From the NCBI GenBank assembly GCA_042408195.1, contig JBHOQL010000067.1, forward strand, positions 11,579-75,578: a stretch of DNA of 64,000 bases, read 5' to 3'. The translations under genes and the position numbers were made by a program. This DNA comes from Anaerolineae bacterium (lineage in GTDB: Bacteria > Chloroflexota > Anaerolineae > SpSt-600). A model generated the notes under the pieces. That model was not told where the DNA came from, made no database searches, and saw only the letters and a program-made list of their open reading frames with translations. Positions 1-9,527 of the stretch are shown here, one piece after another. The first letter of the stretch is position 1; the number at the start of each line of letters is the position of its first letter.

Positions 1-388
1 TGCCACCGGCATTGAAGCCAGTTCCACAAATTACAGCCACTCCCCACCGGCGAGTGAGCCCAGCTCTCAAAGCGACAACAGTGTCATTCTTTACATAAAC
101 TTGCCGAGCAAGATTAAGACTTTCAACAGCTGGAGTCAGGAGAGCAAAATCCACGGGAAGATCGGCCCCGGCCAGCCCGAAGAAACCACAATCCACAGGT
201 GGGACGATTTTCGCTTGTCTCAGGGCTTCTTCGCAGGCACACCGTATTTCTGTCAGGGCTGCCTCCAACCCCACTACTTGGTGGTTGCCTGGTCCACCGC
301 GCCCAAAGCCAAGGATACGGCCTTCCCCATCGGCTACAAGGGCAAAAGTTTTGGTGGCACCAGCATCTACACCCAGCACAAATTTCAT
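1..388 (-). CDS. BadF/BadG/BcrA/BcrD-type ATPase, N-acetylglucosamine-kinase-like sugar kinase. Only the N-terminal ~129 aa are in the window; the gene continues beyond the window start.
   Basis: Not in the ORF track because it runs off the edge. My translation of the minus strand from an ATG at about 386-388 gives MKFVLGVDAGATKTFALVADGEGRILGFGRGGPGNHQVVGLEAALTEIR... with no stop before position 1. The DxGxT phosphate-1 motif and GGPGN are typical of the BadF/GlcNAc-kinase family. The start lies 5 nt after the GH4 stop, suggesting translational coupling. Confidence 0.55.
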   Translation of the reverse strand, partial: MKFVLGVDAGATKTFALVADGEGRILGFGRGGPGNHQVVGLEAALTEIRCACEEALRQAKIVPPVDCGFFGLAGADLPVDFALLTPAVESLNLARQVYVKNDTVVALRAGLTRRWGVAVICGTGFNAGG

Positions 389-393
389 AGGTT

Positions 394-1659
394 TTACCTA
401 AACTGGGGAAGATAAGCCCGATTAACTTCCTTGATGGTGGCCCAGAGACCTTTGGCCACCGAAAAGGAGGGAACAAGAGGATGTGCAAGTAAAGCCTGGA
501 TGGCTGAACGCTCGTCTCCCTCCACAGCAGCGCGCACGGTCAATTCTTCGTAAGCCTTGACAGCCTGCACAAGTCCTCGGATAGATGGGTGCATGGGGGC
601 TACTGGAAGAGCTTTAGCTCCATTCCGTCCTACAACGGAGGGCAGCTCTACAACACAATCCGGAGGGAGGTCAGGCAAGGCACCGTCGTTACGGGTGTTG
701 AGGATGTGGATCTCACCTGCATCGCGGTGAATGGCACTTATTAGAGCCACGGCAGCAGTGGAATAATAGGCTCCGCCACGCTTCTCCAGCAATTCTGGTT
801 TGCGGTCTAGGGTTGGCTCGGCGTAAAGCCTGAGCAATGCGGTTTCAATTTCTTGTACTACTTCTCCCCTGGTTTTGCCTGCCTGGCGTTGTTCGGCTAC
901 CACCTGGTCGTGGTAGTAATAGTAACGCAGGTAATCGCATGGGATCATGCCCAGCGTTTCCAAGAGTTCGGGAGAGAAAGGCAGTTCGCCTGCCTTGGCT
1001 TTGGCAATGGCTATTTCCATCACTCGGCTGAACACATCCACACCATCCAACGTGACTCCACGAACCCAGCTCAAATGATTCAGACCGACATAATCCAACC
1101 GGATGCGCTCTGGAGACACTCCCAGCAACTGGGCTATCCTATGCTGGAAACTGAAGGGGATGTTGCACAAGCCGATGGTAGGCACTTCAGTGTAGCGGAG
1201 CAAGGCTTCAGTGACAATGCCAGAGGGATTGGTGAAGTTTATAAGCCAGGCGCCTGGGGCCACTTCGGCCACATCGCGGGCGATGTCCAGCATAACGGGG
1301 ATAGTGCGCAATGCGTTGGCGAATCCGCCAGGGCCTGTGGTTTCCTGCCCTGCGACGCCAAACTGCAGGGGGATCTTTTCATCCTGAATTCGGCAAGTCA
1401 TCCCGCCGACCCGGATCTGCACGATGACGTAATCGGCTCCTTCCAGTGCTTTTCGCCGTTGCGTTGTAAGCTCCAATTTTGCCTCAGCTCCGGCTGCACG
1501 CAGCATCCTCTCTGCCAGCCCACCCACTATCCGCAATCTTTCCTCATCAATATCCATGAGGGTGATGGTGTTTAACCCAAGCTCGTGTTGCCGGTTAATC
1601 AGGCCTTCTATAAGTTCGGGAGTGTAGGTGCTTCCCCCGCCGATAACGCAAACCTTCAA
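394..1659 (-). CDS. Glycoside hydrolase family 4 (NAD+/Mn2+-dependent), ChbF/CelF-like 6-phospho-glycosidase
   Basis: 421-aa ORF. The N-terminus MKVCVIGGGSTYTPELIEGL matches the GH4 Rossmann signature (compare E. coli ChbF VVTIGGGSSYTPELLEG). It is co-directional and tightly spaced with neighbouring sugar genes. Confidence 0.85.
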   Translation of the reverse strand: MKVCVIGGGSTYTPELIEGLINRQHELGLNTITLMDIDEERLRIVGGLAERMLRAAGAEAKLELTTQRRKALEGADYVIVQIRVGGMTCRIQDEKIPLQFGVAGQETTGPGGFANALRTIPVMLDIARDVAEVAPGAWLINFTNPSGIVTEALLRYTEVPTIGLCNIPFSFQHRIAQLLGVSPERIRLDYVGLNHLSWVRGVTLDGVDVFSRVMEIAIAKAKAGELPFSPELLETLGMIPCDYLRYYYYHDQVVAEQRQAGKTRGEVVQEIETALLRLYAEPTLDRKPELLEKRGGAYYSTAAVALISAIHRDAGEIHILNTRNDGALPDLPPDCVVELPSVVGRNGAKALPVAPMHPSIRGLVQAVKAYEELTVRAAVEGDERSAIQALLAHPLVPSFSVAKGLWATIKEVNRAYLPQFR

Positions 1660-1671
1660 CCTGGCCTCCCC

Positions 1672-2661
1672 TCAGAGCGAATGTTCCTTAATAAACTCAA
1701 TCACTTCATCAAGCAAAGCAAAAGCTAGGCATGTCACCGTATCCGCAGCGCCATAATATATGGCGATGCGGCCAGTAGCAGCATCAACTAAAGCAGAACA
1801 AGGGAAAACCACGTTAGGGACGTCCCCCACTTGCTCGTAGAGCTCACGAGGGTGCAAGAGGTAATAGTCGGTGCGGTAGCGCACTTTCCAGGGTTGTTCC
1901 AAGTCCAGCAGAGCTGCCCCCATGGAATAAACGAACCCGTTACAGGAAGTCAACACCCCATGGTAGAAGAGCAACCATCCTTCAGTGGTCTCAATGGGAA
2001 CTGGACCAGCACCGATTTTTGTGCTCTGCCACCCGCGAGCGGGCTCCATCACCAGGCGATGCCGTCCCCAGTGGACCATATCAGGGCTCTCGGAATAGTA
2101 AATGTCCCCAAAGGGGGTGTGGCCCCGATCGCTGGGGCGACTGAGCATGGCAAAGCGGCCGTTTATTTTCCTCGGGAAGAGAACGCCGTTGCGGTTATAT
2201 GGCAAAAAGGCGTTCTCCATCTGGTAGAAAGTCTCAAAATCGTAAGTGTAAGCCACACCGATGGTCGGCCACCCGCCGAAGCCATTGCACCAGGTTATGT
2301 AATACCGGTCTTCAATCCAACAGACCCGCGGGTCGTAACCATATTCCCATGGGATGGGCTCAAAGCCTGGGGCAGGCTTGAAGCGGATAGGTTCGTTCTC
2401 TATTTCCCAGTGGATTCCGTCCTTGCTGCGTCCCGCGTGGAGCTGCATCATACGCCGCTTATCGTCGCAGCGAAAGACTCCGCGGAACTCGCCTTTGTAT
2501 GCAACTACAGCCGGATTGAAAATGCTGTTAGACGATGGAATAAGATCCCGAGGAATAATGGGATTGCCGGAATAACGCCAGACGACATCACTGCTCCCCG
2601 GGGGACGTTCTTCCCACGGGATATTGGGTAGGTCTGGGCCGATAGCTTGCGCTCCTGGCAT
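1672..2661 (-). CDS. Glycoside hydrolase family 130 beta-mannoside phosphorylase (DUF377 beta-propeller)
   Basis: 329-aa ORF. Its size and composition fit GH130 phosphorylases (Trp/Tyr/Asp/Arg-rich, motifs such as [10 protein letters not shown] and [15 protein letters not shown]). It is embedded in the sugar-uptake operon. Confidence 0.7.
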   Translation of the reverse strand: MPGAQAIGPDLPNIPWEERPPGSSDVVWRYSGNPIIPRDLIPSSNSIFNPAVVAYKGEFRGVFRCDDKRRMMQLHAGRSKDGIHWEIENEPIRFKPAPGFEPIPWEYGYDPRVCWIEDRYYITWCNGFGGWPTIGVAYTYDFETFYQMENAFLPYNRNGVLFPRKINGRFAMLSRPSDRGHTPFGDIYYSESPDMVHWGRHRLVMEPARGWQSTKIGAGPVPIETTEGWLLFYHGVLTSCNGFVYSMGAALLDLEQPWKVRYRTDYYLLHPRELYEQVGDVPNVVFPCSALVDAATGRIAIYYGAADTVTCLAFALLDEVIEFIKEHSL

Positions 2662-2667
2662 TGCGCG

Positions 2668-3612
2668 TTACCTCCTTACTACCAGCTTGCACGCTACGAA
2701 ATGGTCTGGTTCCACTTGAATCAGTTCGGGGTTATCCTCAGTACAACATTTTTCTGATCTGGGACACCGGGAATAATACACACAACCGACTTCGCTCTCA
2801 TCTTGTGCTGTACTCAATCTCTCGCTTTCCTTTCCCCACTTCCTGTCCAAGCGTGGAACGGAAGTCATGAGCATACAGGTGTAGGGATGAAGGGGATTGG
2901 AGTAAACTCTCTCTATTGAGCCCATCTCCACTACCCGCCCGCGGTAGAGGATAACTGCCCGGTCGCTTATGTAGTAGCCCAGGGAAAGGTCGTGAGTGAT
3001 GAAGAGGATTGAAAGCCCTCGCTCTTTGAGGTCGGCCAGCAAGTTAAGGACGTCAATGCGTGTGGAAGCATCCAGCATGCTGATTATCTCATCAGCCACC
3101 AAGAACTGAATGTCCAGGAGTAGGGCGCGAGCGATGAGGAAACGCTGGAGCTGTCCTCCGCTGAGCTGGTGCGGGTATTTATTCAGCACATCGGGTGGGT
3201 TCAACCCAACAGACCTTAGGGCCTCGTTTACCCTCTCGGTCCATTCTTTCTTCTCGACTTCCGGATAGAATTCGTCTCGCAATATCCAAAAAATCCGGTC
3301 TGCCTTGAAGATCGGATTGAAAGAGGCATAAGGGTCCTGGAAGACCCCTTGGACCTTCCTATAGTATTCTTTGAGGGCTTTACCCTTCAGAGTGGAAATG
3401 TCCACGCCTTCAAAGCGGATAGTCCCGGAAGTGATGGGTATAAGGCGAAGGATCATTTTTCCAATGGTGCTTTTGCCGCTACCACTTTCACCGATGAGAG
3501 CGACTATTTCTTTCCGGCCAATCTCAAAGCTGACATCCCGAACAGCTGTCAGTTTCTTGAGCCCGAAAACTCCCAAGCGGTAGACCTTGGAGACACGTTC
3601 CAGGGTGAGCAT
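2668..3612 (-). CDS. ABC transporter ATP-binding protein, OppF/DppF-like
   Basis: Walker A GESGSGKST, ABC signature LSGGQLQR and a C-terminal oligopeptide-type extension with Cys residues. The stop overlaps the start of the upstream ATPase gene. Confidence 0.85.
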   Translation of the reverse strand: MLTLERVSKVYRLGVFGLKKLTAVRDVSFEIGRKEIVALIGESGSGKSTIGKMILRLIPITSGTIRFEGVDISTLKGKALKEYYRKVQGVFQDPYASFNPIFKADRIFWILRDEFYPEVEKKEWTERVNEALRSVGLNPPDVLNKYPHQLSGGQLQRFLIARALLLDIQFLVADEIISMLDASTRIDVLNLLADLKERGLSILFITHDLSLGYYISDRAVILYRGRVVEMGSIERVYSNPLHPYTCMLMTSVPRLDRKWGKESERLSTAQDESEVGCVYYSRCPRSEKCCTEDNPELIQVEPDHFVACKLVVRR

Positions 3613-4562
3613 CAGTATTCCCTCCAGCAGGCAACGAAATGACTTGGAGATACTTCCAAGAAAGGAGGTTCCTCAATGCAGCGGTCGAAAGCAACGGGAC
3701 ACCGCTCCCGAAAGCGGCATCCTTCTGGGGGATTCAAAAGCTGAGGTGGTGCCCCGGGAATCCCCCTGAGGCGCTCCTCACTTTCCCGCACACCGACTTT
3801 GGGAAGGGAAGCGATGAGCATTTTGGTGTAAGGGTGACGGGCAGCCTGAAATATCTCTTCCGTTGGGGCTTTCTCCACCAACTGTCCAGCATACATCACC
3901 ATTATTGTATCCGCAATCTGGTAGAGAATGGAAATGTCGTGGGTGATGAAGATAATGCTTTTGACAAACCCCTGCGTGCGGAACTGAACTAACATCTCGC
4001 ACACTGCCCTTTGGGTGGAAACGTCCAGTGCTGAGGTGATTTCGTCGGCAATGAGGAGGGAAGGATTGAGCAGGGTGGAAATGACCATCACTACCCGCTG
4101 CTTCATTCCCCCCGATAACTCAATGGGATACATCCCTAACACTTTGTGGGATAACTGGACCAGATCCAGCCGGTGTTTCAGCTCTGGCAACAGGGATTCG
4201 TAATCCACGCCGCGGGTGGCCAGAAGCTCAGCGATCATCTTTCCGATCTTACGGGTGGGATTGAGGGCGTTCATTGCATACTGAGGGATGAGGGATATAT
4301 GCCTGTAACGGAATTCCCGCATCCTTTCAAAATCCCAAATGGGGACTTCTTGCCCATTCAGGAAAACACGCCCTTCCATGTAAGTCATGGGGGGCCGGAG
4401 GTAGATCAAACTGTGACCGAGGGTGGTCTTCCCACAGCCTGATTCACCGGCCAGCCCCATGATTTCGCCATCGGCGACGGAAAAGGTAGCCCTTTCCAGA
4501 GCGCGTACATACCCGCGGAGGGTCCGATAGTAGACACGAAGGTTCTCAACTCGCAGTGCCAT
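3612..4562 (-). CDS. ABC transporter ATP-binding protein, OppD/DppD-like
   Basis: Walker A GESGCGKTT, signature LSGGMKQR and an OppD-type C-terminal domain. Confidence 0.85.
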   Translation of the reverse strand: MALRVENLRVYYRTLRGYVRALERATFSVADGEIMGLAGESGCGKTTLGHSLIYLRPPMTYMEGRVFLNGQEVPIWDFERMREFRYRHISLIPQYAMNALNPTRKIGKMIAELLATRGVDYESLLPELKHRLDLVQLSHKVLGMYPIELSGGMKQRVVMVISTLLNPSLLIADEITSALDVSTQRAVCEMLVQFRTQGFVKSIIFITHDISILYQIADTIMVMYAGQLVEKAPTEEIFQAARHPYTKMLIASLPKVGVRESEERLRGIPGAPPQLLNPPEGCRFRERCPVAFDRCIEEPPFLEVSPSHFVACWREY

Positions 4563-4566
4563 GAGT

Positions 4567-5433
4567 TCACATCTCCCGCAATTTTGGATTGAAGACCTCG
4601 TCCAGCCCCACGTTCATAACATAGAGGGCACCGACGATCGCCGTGATGGCAGCGCCAGGGGGTATAAGCCACCACCACATCCCCAGTTGCAAGGCCGCCC
4701 AGAGGACAGCATTGTTCATCATCAGCCCTAAGGACATACCGCGGGTTGGGCCGAGACCGACAAAATCGAGGGTTGCTGCATTGAGGATAGCACCTCCAAA
4801 CTGAAGAATGAAAACCAGCAGAAGGTAGGACATCATGTTGGGAGCGATTTCAGTCAACACAATATGAAGGGGGCGCCGACCGGTCATGCGGGCCAGGTCT
4901 ACGAACTCCCGGACCCGTAGGGAGAAGGTCTGAGCGCGAATAGCCCGCGCCGCCCAGGGCCAGGCTGTCAACCCAATGAACACACTTTCAGTCAGGATGC
5001 TACGGACCGTCAAGTAAGCGGCAATGATGATGAGGACAGCAAGAGTTGGGATGGTGAGGATAATGTTCGTTATCATGTTGAGGACTTCGTCCACCCAGCC
5101 GCCCCGATAGCCCGCTACCAGCCCAATGAGCATTCCTATTGCAGTGCCAATGCTTCCCCCTATTAGGCCTACGATAAAGCTGCTGCGCAACCCGTGGACG
5201 AACTGGCTGAAAACATCCTGCCCGAAGGTGGTTGTCCCAAACCAGAATTCCCGCGACGGAGGTGCCGCAGGAGGTCCTACGTAAGCAAGGGGTTGGTGAG
5301 GTGTCAGGTATGGACCGACAATAGCGAAGACGATGAAGAAAGCTATAATGGTCAATCCGATCCGCATCTTGCGGTTTCGCAGGGCGAAGAAGATAAATTC
5401 ACTGCGAACAGTTCTGGTCACTGCTTGCTCCAT
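4567..5433 (-). CDS. ABC transporter permease, OppC/DppC-like
   Basis: 288-aa polytopic ORF with a BPD_transp_1-type composition. It lies between the OppB-like and OppD-like genes. Confidence 0.8.
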   Translation of the reverse strand: MEQAVTRTVRSEFIFFALRNRKMRIGLTIIAFFIVFAIVGPYLTPHQPLAYVGPPAAPPSREFWFGTTTFGQDVFSQFVHGLRSSFIVGLIGGSIGTAIGMLIGLVAGYRGGWVDEVLNMITNIILTIPTLAVLIIIAAYLTVRSILTESVFIGLTAWPWAARAIRAQTFSLRVREFVDLARMTGRRPLHIVLTEIAPNMMSYLLLVFILQFGGAILNAATLDFVGLGPTRGMSLGLMMNNAVLWAALQLGMWWWLIPPGAAITAIVGALYVMNVGLDEVFNPKLREM

Positions 5434-5436
5434 CGC

Positions 5437-6423
5437 TCACTCTCCCGTCATGCCAAGTCTCGTTCGGGGATCCACAATCATGTAGACAAGGTCAATGATG
5501 AAGTTAGCCAGCAATACCCCAATAACTATAAACAGGAAGCAGCCCTGGATTAGAAAATAGTCTTGGTTCTGGACCGCCTGAAGGATAAGGTAACCGATGC
5601 CAGGGTAAGCGAAGACTATCTCCGTGGCCAGGGCTCCGGCGACGATGGTGCCCAATTGAAGGGCTAAACCGGTTATCTGGGGGAGCATAGCGTTGCGGAA
5701 AGCATACCTGCGGATGAGGGATTGTGGTGCGCCAAGGGTTTCAAGGTAGCGGGAGTAGTCCGATTCAAGCTCGTAGATTATCATGTTCCGCATTCCTATC
5801 GCCCAGCCGCCGAACATCACCAGGAACAGGGAAGCAAAGGGGAGGATCCAGTGCCACAGGAGGTCCTTGATAAACAGCCAGGAGAGGTGTGGACGTATTC
5901 CGAAACTGTAGGCTCCGGCTATGGGGAATACGCCAGCCACATGGCCAAGAGCCCACGCTAGCACAATGGCCAGCCACATGTACGGGGTGGCCGTTAAAAT
6001 GTAACCCATGGGGAGTAAGGAGTTGTCCAGCCAACGGGTGCGGGCTGCTATGGCTCCTACCCAGTTCCCAGCAAGCCAACTAAGGATGATGGCCGGCAGG
6101 AGAAGGAAAAGATCATATGGCACTGCTCGCTTTATAATCTGGAGCACAGGCTGTGGATACATCCATGTGCTTATCCCTAAATCTCCATGGAAGAGGGCTC
6201 GCCAGAAGTTCGCATACTGCTGCCAGAGGGGAAGGTCGAGCCCAAAAGCTCGGATGTAATACCCGCGCAAAACTTCAGCGGCATCGGCGCGCAAGGCAAA
6301 ACGCGCTAGCATTATATCCACTGGGTTCCCCGGCATAAAACGGGGGATGAGCCAGTCAATGGTTACCGCAACGAAGAAGGTCAGCAGGTAAATGACAAGC
6401 TTGCGTCTAAGATATCTCCCCAC
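5437..6423 (-). CDS. ABC transporter permease, OppB/DppB-like
   Basis: 328-aa polytopic ORF with an N-terminal TM segment followed by an OppB-type periplasmic loop. It is operon-adjacent to the substrate-binding protein. Confidence 0.8.
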   Translation of the reverse strand: MGRYLRRKLVIYLLTFFVAVTIDWLIPRFMPGNPVDIMLARFALRADAAEVLRGYYIRAFGLDLPLWQQYANFWRALFHGDLGISTWMYPQPVLQIIKRAVPYDLFLLLPAIILSWLAGNWVGAIAARTRWLDNSLLPMGYILTATPYMWLAIVLAWALGHVAGVFPIAGAYSFGIRPHLSWLFIKDLLWHWILPFASLFLVMFGGWAIGMRNMIIYELESDYSRYLETLGAPQSLIRRYAFRNAMLPQITGLALQLGTIVAGALATEIVFAYPGIGYLILQAVQNQDYFLIQGCFLFIVIGVLLANFIIDLVYMIVDPRTRLGMTGE

Positions 6424-6496
6424 ACTCGCCTCCTACAAAACCTTCCAGAGAAAGCGTCGCCCCTCCTTACCCGAGGAGGGGCGACGCGCTATGGCT

Positions 6497-8281
6497 TTAC
6501 TGCCCCGCTGGCTTGAGTTCGGTGAGCATGAGGATGGCAGTCATGTTCCAATAGCCGTTCCAAGTGCAGGGCAGGTACTTTGGAGCGCCCTCCTTGGCGG
6601 ACGGGAAGTTAGTCCAGTAGGTGGTGTTCCACTGGGCCCACAGGCCATTGTACCAAAGCGGGATGGCGGGCATGTCAGTCAACTGGATACGCTGGATCTC
6701 GGCCATGACCTTCTTCATGCCCTCAACGTCCTCGATCGGGGTCTTGTTCAGTTGCACTACCAGGTCAAAGACTTTGGGGTTGTCGTAGCGGCCGAAGTTC
6801 CCGTTCTCCATCTTGGGTGTAATGGGGTTTCGGAAGAGCCAGAAGTAGAAGGTCCACGGCGTATTGCTCATCTGGGAGCCGAAGTTGTTGATAGCCATGT
6901 CAAACTTACCGCCGGTGAGAAGATCCCAGTATCCACCGAAGTCGGGGAAGTCTGGCTGGAGATTAATGCCAACGGCCTGGGCACCCTCGGCAATCACCCT
7001 GATGGATTCCATCCAGTCGGTCCAGCCAAAGGGGACGATTATCTTCAGGCTGATCTTGGAGCCATCAGGAGCCTCCCGGAAGCCGTCGCCATCCACGTCC
7101 TTGTAACCGGCCTGATCCAGAATCTTTTTGGCCTGTTCGGGATTGTAGCTGAAGCCCAGCTCCGCAACCACTTTCTGGTCCACATACTGCTCCCAGACAG
7201 GAAGGAGACCAACAGGATTAGCTTTCTTAACTATATTACCATATACCGTGGTCACGATCTTGTCCACGTCAATGGCGTAGGCCATGGCCTTACGGAAAGC
7301 GGGATCGTCCATGGGCTTCTTGGTGAGGTTCATGAAGAGGAAAGCGGTGTTGGCGGAAAGCATGTAAGGTGGATCGTCATACCAAGTCTGAATGCCGTAA
7401 CCGCCCTCCACCAGGGTGTTGATTCCGGGCAAGAAGTTGTTGCTCAGGTCAATCTCACCCTTGAGCACCAGTCCCAGGGCCACGTTGTTGCTGGGGTTGA
7501 CTATGTCCACGATGTACTTGGGGGCCACGGAGAGGCCCAACAGCTTCTTGGCCCACCAGTTTTCATTCCGCTTCCAAACCATGCGGTCCTCAGAGTGGGT
7601 TTCGTAGATGTAAGCGCCAGTGCCCATGGGAGGCAGGTTGGGGCCGGAAACGTTCTCCTCATTGGAGCGCTTTTCCCAGACGTGCTTAGGTACAATAGCG
7701 ATGGAGTAGAGGGCGTTGCCCCATTCCTGGTGGCGGATTTCCTTGAAGGAGAAGCGGACAGTGTAATCGTCTACCGCTTCTACTTTCTCCAGCCAGTCCC
7801 ACAGAGGCTTATAGTAAACCCCCTCCAGCTTGCCTAGTTCAAAGGTGTAGACGACGTCTTTGGCGGTAAGAGGCTGGCCATCTTGCCACTGGATGCCCTT
7901 GCGGAGTTTAACCTCGTAGGCCTTCTCACTTACAAACTTGCCACTTTCCGCCAGCCAGGGGATGTATTTATTGGTCAGGGGGTCATAGAGGAAGAGGGTC
8001 TCGTAACACAAGCCAATCACTCCCATGGCATAGACGCCAGGCTGAAGCGGGTTCCAGGACGTGGGAGGTCCCCACTGTTTGCCGCTTGTATAGAGGGTTT
8101 CCTTGCGTGGATATATTACCTCTGCAGGGGCTGGGGTGGGCACAACCGTCACCACCTTCTCCACCACGACTGTTACAGGCTTTTCTTTCTCAATCACAAT
8201 CGGGGTGGGGGTAGCGCAAGCGATGAGCAGCATGCTCAGGATTACCAGCATGCTTACTGCGAAGAAAATGGTCCTACGCAT
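6497..8281 (-). CDS. ABC transporter substrate-binding lipoprotein, family 5 (OppA-like), probably oligosaccharide-binding
   Basis: 594 aa. It has a lipoprotein signal (MLVILSMLLIAC followed by a Thr/Pro-rich linker). Its size and composition fit SBP_bac_5. An RBS (GGAGG) is 6 nt upstream. Confidence 0.8.
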   Translation of the reverse strand: MRRTIFFAVSMLVILSMLLIACATPTPIVIEKEKPVTVVVEKVVTVVPTPAPAEVIYPRKETLYTSGKQWGPPTSWNPLQPGVYAMGVIGLCYETLFLYDPLTNKYIPWLAESGKFVSEKAYEVKLRKGIQWQDGQPLTAKDVVYTFELGKLEGVYYKPLWDWLEKVEAVDDYTVRFSFKEIRHQEWGNALYSIAIVPKHVWEKRSNEENVSGPNLPPMGTGAYIYETHSEDRMVWKRNENWWAKKLLGLSVAPKYIVDIVNPSNNVALGLVLKGEIDLSNNFLPGINTLVEGGYGIQTWYDDPPYMLSANTAFLFMNLTKKPMDDPAFRKAMAYAIDVDKIVTTVYGNIVKKANPVGLLPVWEQYVDQKVVAELGFSYNPEQAKKILDQAGYKDVDGDGFREAPDGSKISLKIIVPFGWTDWMESIRVIAEGAQAVGINLQPDFPDFGGYWDLLTGGKFDMAINNFGSQMSNTPWTFYFWLFRNPITPKMENGNFGRYDNPKVFDLVVQLNKTPIEDVEGMKKVMAEIQRIQLTDMPAIPLWYNGLWAQWNTTYWTNFPSAKEGAPKYLPCTWNGYWNMTAILMLTELKPAGQ

Positions 8282-8399
8282 TTTCCGCCTCCTTATATTT
8301 TATACATTGTGTGGGGAGAACCTGCACGGTTGCCACCTTCTGGTCTTCCTTGTGGCTCATCCCCCGCAATTTAAGCTGTTATTTTCATCTGTTATCCTT

Positions 8400-9425
8400 T
8401 TAGAACGCTTGCGCTGCTCCGCAAGAAGTTCTTATCACAAGCTCTGTGGGCAGGATTATCCTCTGCGCCGGCTGGCGCTCTTCGGGGGGTTTCTCCAGCA
8501 GGCTCAAGAGCACTTCCACAGCTATGGTTCCGAGGCGCTCGATCGGCTGGCGAATAGTGGTGAGGGGAGGCTCAATTGATGAAGCCAGGGGTATATCATC
8601 AAAGCCAACGATGGCTACATCATCGGGTACGCGCAGGCCTGCCTGGCGCAGAGCCCTCATGGCTCCGATCGCCATCATATCGCTGGCAACGAAGACTGCC
8701 GTAGGAGAGGCCGGAAGCAGACGTTGCATGCTCAGCATGCCTCCGGCTTCGGTGAAATCGCTCTCAATGATCAGGGATTCATCCACAGGGATGCCGTTTG
8801 CCTCCAGGGCCTGACGGTAACCTTCAAGACGGTCTCGGCTGACGAGCATGTCCAATGGTCCGGTGATAGTAGCTATGCGTCGGTGTCCTAGCCGTATTAG
8901 GTGTTCAACAGCCATGCGAGCCCCACCAACGTTATCGACATCCACGTAACTCACTCGTTCATCCGGGTACCGCCCTACGGAAACGAAGGGGATTCCATCG
9001 CGCAGTAGGCTGGGGATGAGTGGGTCGCTGATGGAAGCAGAGGCAATAATGACTCCGTCCAGGTATCTGCCTCGCAGGATGCGCCTGTACAGTTCTTCAC
9101 GGTCAACGCGCGCGGTGAACAGGGAAAGCATCAATTGGTACTCACGGGCATTGCAGGCTTCGGTAGCACCGCGCAGCAGGAGGGGGAAGAAGGGGTCGGT
9201 AAAGAGCTTGGTCACAGTTTCGGGGATGATTATACCGATGATCTGAGTGCGGCGGGTGGCAAGGCTGCGGGCGGCAGCATTGGGTTGGTAACCAATTTCT
9301 CGTATAACACGCCAGACGCGCTCGCGGACCTCGGGGCGGACATGGGGGTGATTGTTAATGACCCGTGAGACTGTAGAACGTGATACACCTGCCAGTTTTG
9401 CAACTTGTTCCAGAGTTGGAGGCAT
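8400..9425 (-). CDS. LacI-family transcriptional regulator
   Basis: The N-terminal HTH reads MPPTLEQVAKLAGVSRSTVSRVINN and is followed by a periplasmic-binding-protein-like sugar-binding domain. I chose the internal ATG at 9425 (RBS GGAGG 6 nt upstream) rather than the ORF-track start at 9455. Confidence 0.85.
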   Translation of the reverse strand: MPPTLEQVAKLAGVSRSTVSRVINNHPHVRPEVRERVWRVIREIGYQPNAAARSLATRRTQIIGIIIPETVTKLFTDPFFPLLLRGATEACNAREYQLMLSLFTARVDREELYRRILRGRYLDGVIIASASISDPLIPSLLRDGIPFVSVGRYPDERVSYVDVDNVGGARMAVEHLIRLGHRRIATITGPLDMLVSRDRLEGYRQALEANGIPVDESLIIESDFTEAGGMLSMQRLLPASPTAVFVASDMMAIGAMRALRQAGLRVPDDVAIVGFDDIPLASSIEPPLTTIRQPIERLGTIAVEVLLSLLEKPPEERQPAQRIILPTELVIRTSCGAAQAF

Positions 9426-9440
9426 AGGCACCTCCCATTG

Positions 9441-9454
9441 TGGGAGCGCTCTCA
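9441..9454. promoter_or_regulatory. Candidate LacI-type operator O1 (TGGGAGCGCTCTCA, imperfect palindrome) overlapping the lacI-family gene leader
   Basis: Read directly from the sequence. It is a 14-bp palindrome with a central CG, like ideal lac-type operators. It lies immediately upstream of the regulator RBS and start. Confidence 0.45.
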
Positions 9455-9513
9455 TTTCGCGACCTTAAAAATCTGCTTTAGCTCGGTTTTACGCCCGAAA
9501 AATTCCCCCATGT

Positions 9514-9527
9514 TGGGAGCGCTCCCA
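9514..9527. promoter_or_regulatory. Candidate LacI-type operator O2 (TGGGAGCGCTCCCA, perfect palindrome)
   Basis: A perfect 14-bp palindrome, centred about 73 bp from O1 (roughly 7 helical turns). Confidence 0.45.

Noticed and set aside
853-2631. 240-aa and 266-aa plus-strand ORFs (853-1575 and 1831-2631)
   Set aside because: They are antisense to the GH4 and GH130 genes respectively. They have no domain signatures.
6392-7837. 481-aa ORF on the plus strand
   Set aside because: It is antisense to the OppA-like SBP gene. The composition is low-complexity (Gly, Val, Leu, His-rich) and there is no RBS. It is a shadow ORF typical of high-GC DNA.
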